Shown: one piece after another, positions 1-9,859 of the stretch
Layout of the letters: the number at the start of each line of letters is the position of its first letter
Numbering within the stretch: the stretch's first letter is position 1
Assembly (NCBI GenBank): GCA_011364975.1
Contig: RDOE01000017.1
Location: 1 to 50,803 of the forward strand
Source: Promethearchaeota archaeon
GTDB lineage: Archaea > Asgardarchaeota > Lokiarchaeia > Sigyniarchaeales > SOKP01
DNA: 50,803 nt
Reading direction: 5' to 3'
The notes under the pieces: generated by a model
Seen by the model: the letters and a program-made list of their open reading frames with translations, nothing else
Databases searched by the model: none
Told to the model about the DNA's origin: nothing
Made by a program: the position numbers and the translations under genes

Positions 1-66
1 ATCGCTAAAATAATCCTCGTCAGTTTCTTCTCCCTCGTCATCCATAACCTTGTTTGCTTCACTCAT
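1..66 (-). CDS. 5' end of an unidentified gene running off the left edge (MSEANKVMDDEGEETDEDYFSD...)
   Basis: ATG at 66-64, open frame to the window edge, AT-rich upstream region. Confidence 0.6.
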   Translation of the reverse strand, partial: MSEANKVMDDEGEETDEDYFSD

Positions 67-273
67 GACCTTTCAGTTTAAATATTATATAGCTTGTATT
101 AAATAACACAAAAGAAATATATAAAGATTCCACAGATTAATAGCGCTGAAAAAAAAATCTACCGACTATTTCTACTTGGTATTCTCTCTCTTGTAACAAT
201 TCTTATAAAAGCAAAAAACTAAAGAAATCCTAAAATCAAATCTAAATTTTTAATATGCTTTTTCAAAGGAATT

Positions 274-537
274 TTCATTGAAATCAGACTTTGAATTTAC
301 CTTCCCATAAATTTTAGTGGAATAAAAAAAATACTTAAAATTAGTCCCATAAATTTGAAGGTTCAAGTATATTTGGATAATAAGGTCTTAAAAATATTTA
401 TTCATCTAATTAAGTGCATTATTAAATCATATTTTAACTTAAAGGATTAAAAGTCTATAATAAACATTATACGAATTATTGGTATATAATAAAAATTATT
501 CATGGAAATCAGATTTTGAATTTACATTTCCCTAAAA
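274..537 (+). repeat. Two imperfect ~38-bp direct repeats (274-311 and 499-537)
   Basis: ttcattgaaatcagactttgaatttaccttcccataaa vs ttcatggaaatcagattttgaatttacatttccctaaaa. Confidence 0.7.
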
Positions 538-608
538 CTGAACTGTAAATTAAAAAATTTAAAGAATTAGATCATCGTATAAATAATAATTTAGCTAAAA
601 TCTTTTAA

Positions 609-854
609 TCTGAGTTTGAGTTCTCTATTTATACTCATATAACAATAATAGAAAGTCAACAGACGCTTGAAAGAATAAGAAAAGAGAGAAACCTACTTAA
701 GTCCAATATGAAATACCAATTCATGGGTAATGTTGAAACTATTAATGAAAAAATAAATGAAGTTGAAGAATTAGGAGTAAAAAAAATGGTTGTAATTGTA
801 GAAAGTCCCGAAAGCGAGGATCCTCTAAAAATTTTTAAAAATGAAATAATGTAA
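609..854 (+). pseudogene. C-terminal remnant resembling an LLM-class (luciferase-like, F420/flavin) oxidoreductase
   Basis: Frame 609-854 reads ...FMGNVETINEKINEVEELGVKKMVVIVESPESEDPLKIFKNEIM*, like LLM C-termini; in-frame stop at 606-608, N-terminal barrel absent. Confidence 0.5.
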
Positions 855-1007
855 TACCCCACAATAAAGAAATACCGGTTATTATGAATAATTTTATTTT
901 CTCATACCTTAATATGTATTTTATTTGGAAATAATTAATAGAATATAAATATTAAGCCCAATTTGGGATATATATAATACACTAAAGAACATTTCTGTTG
1001 TGAAATC

Positions 1008-2765
1008 ATGCCTTTAATAATGAAACTTGGTTATCTGCTTTTTCCTTTTATTAGATTAGGTAACATAATTAAAAGAACTGTATCCGTATACCTTAAACGT
1101 TTTTATGCGTTGAAACCATCCAATACTACCTTTAAGCTTGGTTCGTGGAATAATGATACTCTCGTCCAAACTAAATATGGTTTAGTATCTGGTTTTTCAG
1201 ATAAAGCATCTTGGTGTTGGAAGGGAATTCCATATGCAAATCCTCCAATTGGTCCCCTTCGTTGGAAAGCACCACTTGATCCCATTCCTTGGATCGGAAC
1301 ACGCAAAGCAAGGAAATTTAGCAATTCTGCAGCCCAAATTATGCCTATATTAGGCCCAATTGGTTCAGAGGATTGTCTTTATCTCAATATTTGGCGTCCT
1401 AAAACTTCAGAGACAAAATTACCGGTTTATCTATATATCCATGGGGGAGGGAATTCAATTGGGAGTTCCGCGGATATTACATATTACGGTAATGCGGTAG
1501 CGGAGAAATCTAATATGTTATATGTCTCAGTTAATTACCGTCTTGGAGCAATGGGTTGGTTTATACATCCAGCAGTAATAGATAATGGCTCACCTAAAGA
1601 TAAAAGTGGGAATTTTGGTACTCTTGATCTGATAAAAGCCTTGGAATGGGTACAAGACAATATTGAAGCATTTGGAGGTAATCCTAATAATGTTACAATC
1701 GCGGGTGAATCTGGCGGTGCTTTTAACGTTCTTTCACTCCTTATATCTCCTCCAGCAAAAGGACTCTTCCATCGTGCTATCGCTGAAAGTGGATTATCCT
1801 TTATTTCGAGTACTAGAACTGCAGAAGTTCAAAGTATCAATCTTCTAACAAATCTTTTAATTAAAGATCATAAAGCTAAGGACAAAGAAGGAGCAGAACA
1901 AATTATCAACAAAATGTCGAAAGCCCAGATTAATGATTATCTTCGTTCAAAATCTGCGTTTAAAATAATAAAAAATATCCCTACTATAGACTTTGGAATG
2001 ACTGAATGGCGAACTATTTTCACTGATGGTACTGTAATACCAAAAGAAGGCTTTGCTGTATTTTCAACTGGAGAGTGGGCAAATAAGGTACCTTTAATTA
2101 TAGGTTGTACTAAAGACGAATTAAAGCTCTTTGGTAAATTTAGAAAGGATCCTCCCCGAGGTACAAGAAAATATGACTTACTTTGGGGTTATCGTTCTCT
2201 ACTTTGGCGTGTGAGTGGTCTTGATTCCTTGGTATGTAAGATGACTTCAAATACTAATATACCCATTTACGCGTACCGATTTGATTGGGGCACTCTAGAT
2301 AATGATGGTGTGAGTGTTCTCCCAAAAACCTTGGGTCGAGACTTGGGTGCTCACCACGCATCAGAGATCCCTTTCTTCTTAGGGATGGGTATGGGTTCTA
2401 TATCTATGATGATAGGAAAAACCCATAATAAAAATAATCGACTTGGTCGGGAAAAGTTAACAGACTTATGTATGAAGTATCTCGCTAATTTTGCACGAAC
2501 AGGAAATCCAAATGGAGAAAATCTACCTCATTGGCCTCCTTGGGAACGTACTGAAGGGAAAAACAAGATTATTATCCTTGATGCGGGTTTTAATGATTTA
2601 AGGATTTCGTATTTAAAGGATATAGTCTCTATTCAAAGTGTCCTTGATCTCATCAATTCTGAGCTGAAAGAACCTGAACTAGGAAATATACTGTCAATTC
2701 TCGATGATATTATACCCTTTGGAGTTAATGAACTTAATCCAGAGATATTTAGAGAAAGAAAGTAG
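1008..2765 (+). CDS. Type B carboxylesterase (para-nitrobenzyl esterase-like)
   Basis: GIPYANPPIGPLRWKAP, SEDCLYLNIW, HGGG oxyanion hole, GESGG nucleophile elbow, HASEIPF His. Confidence 0.92.
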   Translation: MPLIMKLGYLLFPFIRLGNIIKRTVSVYLKRFYALKPSNTTFKLGSWNNDTLVQTKYGLVSGFSDKASWCWKGIPYANPPIGPLRWKAPLDPIPWIGTRKARKFSNSAAQIMPILGPIGSEDCLYLNIWRPKTSETKLPVYLYIHGGGNSIGSSADITYYGNAVAEKSNMLYVSVNYRLGAMGWFIHPAVIDNGSPKDKSGNFGTLDLIKALEWVQDNIEAFGGNPNNVTIAGESGGAFNVLSLLISPPAKGLFHRAIAESGLSFISSTRTAEVQSINLLTNLLIKDHKAKDKEGAEQIINKMSKAQINDYLRSKSAFKIIKNIPTIDFGMTEWRTIFTDGTVIPKEGFAVFSTGEWANKVPLIIGCTKDELKLFGKFRKDPPRGTRKYDLLWGYRSLLWRVSGLDSLVCKMTSNTNIPIYAYRFDWGTLDNDGVSVLPKTLGRDLGAHHASEIPFFLGMGMGSISMMIGKTHNKNNRLGREKLTDLCMKYLANFARTGNPNGENLPHWPPWERTEGKNKIIILDAGFNDLRISYLKDIVSIQSVLDLINSELKEPELGNILSILDDIIPFGVNELNPEIFRERK

Positions 2766-2817
2766 GAAAAAAAAAGAGATTTTCTTTAATCTTATATTAC
2801 TTTTAGGGTTTTCATTT

Positions 2818-3648
2818 TTATTTTATTACTTTTTTACTTAAAATGTTCCATACTTCAGGTCCGGCTGGCTTCCCAAAAATAGTAAATGGGCCTATTGCTT
2901 TAGCACTCGGTATTTTAAAAGGATGTACGCCATGAGTCCTCTCTATTTTTTTACCAGCAAGAAATAAATTGTTAACAACAAGCTCCATTTTACTTTCTGG
3001 TATTGAGAAAATCATTTCATGATCTTGTACCCCTGCTATGACGCGATCACCCATTCCAGGTGAAACTACCTGACATTCATTAGTAAGATATGTTCGAATT
3101 ATACCTTCTTTACAAGATGCCTCCATCCCATTAAATCTACTTGTTATACAATCTCCATCGTAAGTAGCTGCTAAAATTAGATGCGATAAAATTAAGGGTG
3201 TAACATATATCATCACTAAATGAGGTTTAACAATGGTTTGATGTAATGGAGAGATAACAAGTCCTTTAATTTGACCATAAGATAATTTCGCATCAGATTC
3301 GCGTGATTTTTTTTCCAAACTCGCATTTCTTTTATAAGCGGCTTTCTTCTCCCAAGCTTTGTATAAATCTTCGGTATCTGTTATTTGCTCTAATCCAAAA
3401 TAACCTATACTTATTGGTTTGCAGCCAATATCGTTTTTTGTTAGATAAAATGAAAAACCACTTCTACTACACCATGTATATATTAAACATGCAGCAACTT
3501 CGGAACCAAACATATCTAATGGTTTTATTGCGTTTGATGGGACTTCTTCGTCTGGTGCAATCAACTTCACAGCTACGGGGTATGTGATAAGCTTCAACTG
3601 ATTTATCAACGTATTTCCAATTTCTTTATAATGTTCTAAATCTGTCAT
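2818..3648 (-). CDS. DUF169 family protein
   Basis: YPVAVKL N-terminus, KPHLVMIYVTP, ASC and SPGMGDR...DHEMIFSIP pattern. Confidence 0.75.
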   Translation of the reverse strand: MTDLEHYKEIGNTLINQLKLITYPVAVKLIAPDEEVPSNAIKPLDMFGSEVAACLIYTWCSRSGFSFYLTKNDIGCKPISIGYFGLEQITDTEDLYKAWEKKAAYKRNASLEKKSRESDAKLSYGQIKGLVISPLHQTIVKPHLVMIYVTPLILSHLILAATYDGDCITSRFNGMEASCKEGIIRTYLTNECQVVSPGMGDRVIAGVQDHEMIFSIPESKMELVVNNLFLAGKKIERTHGVHPFKIPSAKAIGPFTIFGKPAGPEVWNILSKKVIK

Positions 3649-3991
3649 ATTTTACATTACTTCATTATTTAGTTAGTTTTAATTTTGAATATTACTATTA
3701 AATTAATTGACTTAAATAAAATACTTTTATGAGAGTTTTGTAAAAGTTAAAATGAACCTCGAAAAGTGATCGAGACTTAAGTACTCAATAAAATGGTTTA
3801 ATAGAATTTTCACAATATTAGACTCTGAACCTACCATTCAAACTTTTTTATTAATGAATAAGTACTACTAAAACATCAAAAATATAAACTTAAAATGACT
3901 TGTTTATGATTAATAATTTCATTAAAAAAGTAGTGGGTATTAAGGAATATTAATTATTAATATAAGAAATTAAAAATGTAAAGGTAATGTT

Positions 3992-4918
3992 ATGACAGAA
4001 GAAGATCCTGTAGAGGAGATTGAAGAAGAAAAAGAAGTTAAACCGCGAGAAAAAGCTCGCTCAACTCCAAAGAAAAAGAAAGCTGCTCCAAAGGCAAAAA
4101 AGGGAATCCCAGAAGCTCCCGCAGTACCAGAAAAATTGGTACATAAAAAAATAAAGGTTAATTTCTGGCGAACACGTCTACATGACGAAGAATTAGGCGT
4201 TCATCAGCAATTAAAATACCAAGCAAAAACTAGATGGTTTAGTAGAAACTTCGATATCGAAGGTATCATTGAAATCGATGATAAAAAGAATAGCATCATT
4301 GCTTTTAATAAAGACCAATGGGAAGAAAGTCCATTAGAAGAAAAACGATTGGTTTGTCGTTTCTTTACGGTAATGGAGGAGTCTATGGAAGCAATGCCTA
4401 AAGGTGGTAATTTTAAAGGGGGTGTAGAATTAAGTGTAGCACATTCATTAATTCAGAGTTATGAAATTAAACATACAGCCCCTGTATTCTTCTTTCAAAT
4501 CCCTGGAAATATTAACTTAGTTAAATTGGTTAGAGGATGGAGATTAATTGGGTCTCGATGGTCGTTCCCACTTTTACCTGAGCAAAAAGAAGATGAATTT
4601 CAAATGGTGGTTGCTAAAGGTGTGGTTGGACCTGGGAGAAACTATAAAATCCATATTGGTAAAAAATTAATTGCGCGAATAGACGGGCATCCTATTCAAA
4701 AAGAATTTATCATTGAAATTTATGATGAAGACTACGCTAAAGATAAGACTTTTGAACGATATATGATTTTATTCGGCTGTGCATGTAATTTCATGGATGG
4801 TGCCATGAAATTAATAAAAAGGCTTTATAAGAAAATGAAAAGTACTGGATCATCCACATACAAGCCACCAAAGCAAGAATTAGATCTTTTCCGTAATCCA
4901 AGAATGATGAGACGGTAA
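3992..4918 (+). CDS. Hypothetical protein with acidic/Lys-rich N-terminal tail; possible tubby-C/LURP-one-like beta barrel
   Basis: 308-aa ORF; beta-strand-rich body ending in a hydrophobic helix (YMILFGCACNF); fold guess is inference. Confidence 0.6.
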   Translation: MTEEDPVEEIEEEKEVKPREKARSTPKKKKAAPKAKKGIPEAPAVPEKLVHKKIKVNFWRTRLHDEELGVHQQLKYQAKTRWFSRNFDIEGIIEIDDKKNSIIAFNKDQWEESPLEEKRLVCRFFTVMEESMEAMPKGGNFKGGVELSVAHSLIQSYEIKHTAPVFFFQIPGNINLVKLVRGWRLIGSRWSFPLLPEQKEDEFQMVVAKGVVGPGRNYKIHIGKKLIARIDGHPIQKEFIIEIYDEDYAKDKTFERYMILFGCACNFMDGAMKLIKRLYKKMKSTGSSTYKPPKQELDLFRNPRMMRR

Positions 4919-4994
4919 TTAATCCATCCTTAATTAGGTAAAAATCTTTCTATTTTCTTTTTTATTTCTAAAAGTATGAAATTAATAACTTTAA

Positions 4995-5312
4995 TTATAT
5001 TATTACTTCTTTCCATTCCTTATTAGTTAATTTAAGAAGATTAATTTCTTGATTATTTGATGAATTTCTGATTTTTTCATTATTAAGATTGATTTCATTG
5101 TTAACAAATTCTTTAATTGCATTAATATCAATCTCTTTTTTTTCAATCAATTTAAGGAGCTTTTCGTTAATCGAATTTCGTATAAGATAAAGATCATAAG
5201 CTTCTTTTGATAAATTAGCGATCAAATTTGGATGATACATCGCCTTAAATTTGAATATTTTTTCCTCAATCTTAATTATTTTTAGGCGGTTATCTAAATC
5301 CTTTGAGTCCAT
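4995..5312 (-). CDS. Hypothetical protein
   Basis: 105-aa ATG ORF with no recognisable motif. Confidence 0.6.
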   Translation of the reverse strand: MDSKDLDNRLKIIKIEEKIFKFKAMYHPNLIANLSKEAYDLYLIRNSINEKLLKLIEKKEIDINAIKEFVNNEINLNNEKIRNSSNNQEINLLKLTNKEWKEVII

Positions 5313-5405
5313 AATCGAAAAAATTTCTCTTAAATTAGTCTTGTTTAAGTATATTTATTAAAAGAAACAAAAATTATAAAAAAAAATCTATTAAATTAAC
5401 TTTTA

Positions 5406-6215
5406 TTAGCTTAACATTTTCTTTTTCCAAGCAGTATAACCTTTAGTTTCTTTTCCCCGATAGATTGCTCGTTTCCCAGTCTGTTTTTCATAAACTGCTT
5501 GTAATGTTTCCTCGTCAGCACCCATTAATTCTTCTTTCTTAATCTCCTCTTCAATCTCATATTCTTCTTCAATTCTTTTCACGCGTTTTAATACAGAGAA
5601 GACACCCTTATTCCATAAGACAAATCCTAAATAGACTAACAGAATTATTATAAACATCAAAACACCTACTAATAAAACCCATTCACCTGGACCAAAGGTA
5701 GTAATTATAAACATCCAGAGATCTGCTACTAGTTGCCAAAAGACTTGAGGCATAATTACAAAAACCAATGCGATTAAGAAGATGTAAATACTAATAAGCG
5801 TAACAGCAATTAAAAGTCTCAGTGTGGAATAATCTTCATATTTTTTAGCTAAAAGACGATCTTTAAACAATCTTCTGCACAATTTAAGAATACCGCCTCG
5901 AAAGAGGGTATAAAATAATACTAGAAGAAAGAGGTGTACTACAACGATACCAACAATGATTAGCGTGACAATTCCAGGACCTAAAGCTACAATAGCATCC
6001 CATCTTCCAGTTCTTATTAACCATCCTATGATTGTTAACCAGATTCCTAAGATAGTAATAACTGAGGCTAGAATGATGGAATAGTATATGGTTTTTGCTA
6101 TACGAAGATCCCAAGTACTTTAAGCTATTGGAGCGAACTGCTCTAGGTTTTAACTATACTCATCCAAGGGATCTGGTTCTCTAGTCGGTGCTTTCCTTGC
6201 TCTTCGTGGTGACAT
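5406..6215 (-). CDS. Multi-pass membrane protein gene interrupted by a 36-nt in-frame segment with two TAA stops (intron-containing gene or pseudogene)
   Basis: ATG 6215 preceded by GAGGA; reads MSPRRARKAPTREPDPLDEYS*NLEQFAPIA*STWDLRIAKTIYYSIILASV... then stays open and in frame with the listed 5406..5882 ORF. Confidence 0.8.
6117..6152 (-). other. 36-nt intervening sequence (candidate intron or miniature insertion with AGT duplication)
   Basis: AGT-TAAAACCTAGAGCAGTTCGCTCCAATAGCTTAA-AGT; inner GAGC/GCTC hairpin; TTAA near both ends; removal restores the ORF. Confidence 0.6.
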
Positions 6216-6353
6216 GTTAATATCCTCTACTAATTTTTAATATTTAATATTAGAATTTCAAATAACTATTACTTTATTATTAGTTTGAGTTTATTTGAAT
6301 ATTTTTGATATTTAAATATTAGGTGATTGATAAATATTTAAAAAATGAAATGA

Positions 6354-6788
6354 TTAAGGTGTTTTTAATACTGTGTGGCAGAAAGGGCATTTTTTCGTAC
6401 CAGGTTTAATGTCCTCACCGCAATATGGACAAAAAGTATGTTCTGGTTTAACCTCATCTTCTTCCTCTTCACCATCTTTTCGTTCAAATTCCTTTTTGGC
6501 AGGAAGCTTCTTTCCAGCCTTTCTAAGCACTTTTTCTTTAGGAGTTGATGGTATCTCTTCCTCTTCTTCTGACTCAAAAGGTTCATTAGAAAATTGAACC
6601 TTTGATACACAGGTTGGGCAGTAATCTTTTTTTCGATTCATAATGTAAAATGCATAAAAGATTGCGGCAATTCCGACGGTAGCGATGATTAATATAACCC
6701 ATACTACTTTTTGAAATGTTTCTAATGGTTTTCGTACAGTATATTCAACTTGTTTTTTACATATATTACAATATGCGTATTTTGTCAT
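6354..6788 (-). CDS. Membrane-anchored zinc-ribbon protein
   Basis: CNIC...TM segment...CPTC plus C-terminal CPYC/CPFC. Confidence 0.8.
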   Translation of the reverse strand: MTKYAYCNICKKQVEYTVRKPLETFQKVVWVILIIATVGIAAIFYAFYIMNRKKDYCPTCVSKVQFSNEPFESEEEEEIPSTPKEKVLRKAGKKLPAKKEFERKDGEEEEDEVKPEHTFCPYCGEDIKPGTKKCPFCHTVLKTP

Positions 6789-6921
6789 TATTTTACACTG
6801 AATGAAGAAGCGTTATTAAATTTAATAATAGATGATTCTATTTAAAATAATTTTTGCATTTTATCTTCTAAATTTTTTACTTTTAATTTATTATACTAAA
6901 TATAGTCTTTTTAATTGTAAT

Positions 6922-8235
6922 ATGAAGCGAAGATCATTTTATATTGAGACCTATGGATGTACTTCTAATAAGGCAGACTCACTTGTAATCTCTAAGATTT
7001 TAAAAGATAATGGCTACTATGAGGTTAATTTTGAAGAAGCTGAGTTTATAATCATCAATACTTGCGCTGTTAAACAACAAACTGAAAATAAAATCAAATC
7101 ACGTCTTAAACAGCTCTATAGTCGATATAAAAATAACAATAATAAGCACTTCATTATAGCTGGGTGCTTACCTCATATAGATTCAAATTATATTGATGTT
7201 GTAAAGAATCTAATACCCAATTTTTCAGCAATACTTGATCTTGATAACTTTAATGAGCTTCCAGCTATTCTTGATAAGATTTCAACGGGAAATAGAAACC
7301 TAATTATTCACAAAGAGCATAAAGTAGATAAATCTGAATATTTAATTGATTATCCTAAGGGAAAAATAACCGGAATTCTGCCCATATCGGAAGGATGTTT
7401 AGGATCATGTACTTATTGCTGTGTAAAAAATGCTAGAGGAAATCTAAATTGCTATGATCCAGAGAATATTGTAAAAAACGCTGAATTTCAATTAAAGCAA
7501 GGAATTAAACAACTATATTTAACTTCACAGGATTGTAGCACTTATGAATATAAATCAACGAAATTAGTTGATTTAATAACATCGATCACAAATTTTAATT
7601 ATGAATTTTTTTTAAGAATGGGAATGCTCAATCCCAGTTTCTTAATTGAGAATTATAATCAACTCTCATTCATTTATACTTTAAAAAAAGTTTATCAATT
7701 TCTGCATATACCCCTTCAATCGGGGAGTGACACTGTTCTTAAAAAAATGAATCGTCATTATAAAATTTCAGACATAAAAGAAAGTCTTACTACTTTAAGA
7801 ACCAAATTCCCGTATTTATCTATCTCTACAGATATAATCTGTGGATTTCCGGAAGAAACTGAAAACAACTTTCAGGAAACGATTGATTTAATAACATGGT
7901 TAAAGCCAGAGATTTTAAATATATCTAAATTCACCATTCGACCTGGAACAAAAGCGCGAAATATGGACCAAGTTGAGAGTCGTGAGATTAAGGAACGCTC
8001 TATTAGGCTTTCTAAAATATTTCGAGCATCTTTAATAAATATAAATGAGAAATGGAATAATTGGGAAGGTAAAGTTCTAATCTTACATAAAGGAAGTAAA
8101 GTGAATCAAGCTTTTGGTAGAAATTTTGCTTATAAAAACATTTTTGTTGAAAATTTCAAAGGGAATTATGGATCATTTATTGATGCTCGAGTAAATAAGG
8201 TAGATGGATTTAATTTATACGCAGAACAAATCTAA
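6922..8235 (+). CDS. mtaB: tRNA methylthiotransferase, archaeal/eukaryotic MtaB (MiaB-like radical SAM)
   Basis: ETYGC, NTCAV, AGC N-terminal cluster ligands; CLGSCTYC radical SAM motif; LHIPLQSGS; TDIICGFP; start moved to ATG 6922. Confidence 0.88.
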   Translation: MKRRSFYIETYGCTSNKADSLVISKILKDNGYYEVNFEEAEFIIINTCAVKQQTENKIKSRLKQLYSRYKNNNNKHFIIAGCLPHIDSNYIDVVKNLIPNFSAILDLDNFNELPAILDKISTGNRNLIIHKEHKVDKSEYLIDYPKGKITGILPISEGCLGSCTYCCVKNARGNLNCYDPENIVKNAEFQLKQGIKQLYLTSQDCSTYEYKSTKLVDLITSITNFNYEFFLRMGMLNPSFLIENYNQLSFIYTLKKVYQFLHIPLQSGSDTVLKKMNRHYKISDIKESLTTLRTKFPYLSISTDIICGFPEETENNFQETIDLITWLKPEILNISKFTIRPGTKARNMDQVESREIKERSIRLSKIFRASLININEKWNNWEGKVLILHKGSKVNQAFGRNFAYKNIFVENFKGNYGSFIDARVNKVDGFNLYAEQI

Positions 8236-8257
8236 TTTCGATAAAATCTAAAGTTGG

Positions 8258-8815
8258 TTACTTTCTAAATTCAAATAATACTGTATTTTTCTCCTGATGT
8301 TTATTAGAAATTTTTAAAAACGCATTATTAAATAGTTCCAAGACTTCATCTTCAGAAATTCCATGCGGCTTTTTACAGTATTCTATCAGCAAGACTCTCC
8401 CGTTTTGTTTTAGAGTGGAGGCAAATTTCTCAATAATTTCTTTACGATCCTCAGGGGAAATATGATGGATTACCCAACTCGAGATAATAACATCAAAACT
8501 ATTTGGTTGTATTTTTAAATCTCGAATATCTCCTAATAAATATTCTACATTATCGTAGTTTTTGAGCTTTTTATGTGCTTTATTAAGAAAGGCAGATGAC
8601 GTATCCAAACAAGTTAATTGACCATTATCCCTTAGATATTTAATTACTTTTTTAGCTAAAACTCCCGCACCACTCCCAAAATCTAAAATGGATTCATCAC
8701 CATTTAATTCAAGAACTTTTAATAGCTTTTTATAAAATTTTCTACCATAAAAAGGACACAACAGTGAATAATACCATGCAAACAATTTTGACGGATTTTT
8801 AAAATTAAACGACAT
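8258..8815 (-). CDS. Class I SAM-dependent methyltransferase
   Basis: ILDFGSGAG motif I; FDVIISSWVIHHI; LKQNG. Confidence 0.88.
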   Translation of the reverse strand: MSFNFKNPSKLFAWYYSLLCPFYGRKFYKKLLKVLELNGDESILDFGSGAGVLAKKVIKYLRDNGQLTCLDTSSAFLNKAHKKLKNYDNVEYLLGDIRDLKIQPNSFDVIISSWVIHHISPEDRKEIIEKFASTLKQNGRVLLIEYCKKPHGISEDEVLELFNNAFLKISNKHQEKNTVLFEFRK

Positions 8816-8867
8816 AGTTTATCAGATCTAAATTTTGAATTATTCTTTAATATCTACTTTGATGTGT

Positions 8868-9767
8868 TTATAACTTAAAATATTCTAAAGCTTTCTTCGC
8901 TACAATATTGCCCCATTCCTGCACAAAATGGCCTGCTTCTTTAAGTCTTAAGGGCTTAGAGCATCTAGGAATAAAACTTCTTAAAATCTTCATTATTGGA
9001 GGCCCTAATACTGGATCTTGCATACCAATTGCCATAAATGCGTCACCAGACCATTCATTTTTAAACCAGTCTCTTGCTTTTCTTGAAATATCTGCACCGG
9101 GAGCATTAAGTTCCGTAGGTACTAAGTTTGGAAATCTTCTTATACCTGCTTTAAAAGTAACGTCCGGAAATGGCGCATCATAAACTTTTACTTCTTCTTT
9201 AGTAAGATTAGGAATAGCACGTATCATTAGCTTCCCCACATCCATGTCTGGTGTTCTATTTACCCAGTCACGAAATGATTTAAAACCCTGTGAAATTTCA
9301 TAATCTCCTGTTCCTAAGGCAGTATTCATAAGAATCAATCGAGAGAATCGATTAGGCATCTCCATTGGCAATGTCAATCCTAGTAATCCTCCCCAATCCT
9401 GACATACTAATATGATATTCGAACTATCAATATAATTAAGAAATGAAATGAGGGAGTTTCGATGAAATTCGAAGGTATAAACTTCGTCTTTTATTGGTTT
9501 ATCTGAGCGACCAAATCCAAAAAAGTCCGGAGCAATTACTCTATAACCCGCTTCTAAGAAAATGGGTATCATTTTACGATATAAATAACTCCAAGTTGGC
9601 TGTCCGTGTAAACATAAAAATGTACATTCTGCCTTTTTAGGACCCTCATCGATATAATGTAATCGTAAATTTTCAAATCCTCTTAGATTCTCAATATAGT
9701 GTGGGGAATATGGAAAATCTATTAAATTATTGAATCGTTCATCAGGTGTTCTTACCATTTCTATCAT
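8868..9767 (-). CDS. Haloalkane dehalogenase (alpha/beta hydrolase)
   Basis: RTPDERF N-terminus, HGQPTWSYLYRKMIP, QDWGG nucleophile, AGHFVQE. Confidence 0.9.
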   Translation of the reverse strand: MIEMVRTPDERFNNLIDFPYSPHYIENLRGFENLRLHYIDEGPKKAECTFLCLHGQPTWSYLYRKMIPIFLEAGYRVIAPDFFGFGRSDKPIKDEVYTFEFHRNSLISFLNYIDSSNIILVCQDWGGLLGLTLPMEMPNRFSRLILMNTALGTGDYEISQGFKSFRDWVNRTPDMDVGKLMIRAIPNLTKEEVKVYDAPFPDVTFKAGIRRFPNLVPTELNAPGADISRKARDWFKNEWSGDAFMAIGMQDPVLGPPIMKILRSFIPRCSKPLRLKEAGHFVQEWGNIVAKKALEYFKL

Positions 9768-9859
9768 AATGCGTAATAACCAAATTCATTCACTAATAAT
9801 ATTTGAGATCTTCTTATGAGCATTAAAAAAAATTAAGAACTAGATAAAAAATACTATTT

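Noticed and set aside
274-537. CRISPR array (TTGAAATCAGAC resembles the start of some archaeal repeats)
   Set aside because: Only two diverged copies 225 bp apart, no regular spacers, no cas genes
656-862. 68-aa minus-strand ORF
   Set aside because: Antisense to the more protein-like plus-strand remnant at 609-854
5884-6114. 76-aa ORF from the track
   Set aside because: Alternate-frame shadow of the real membrane-protein frame 6215->5406
6120-6152. Stop-codon reassignment or readthrough as the explanation for the two TAA codons
   Set aside because: TAA terminates most genes in the window normally, and both stops sit inside one repeat-flanked block
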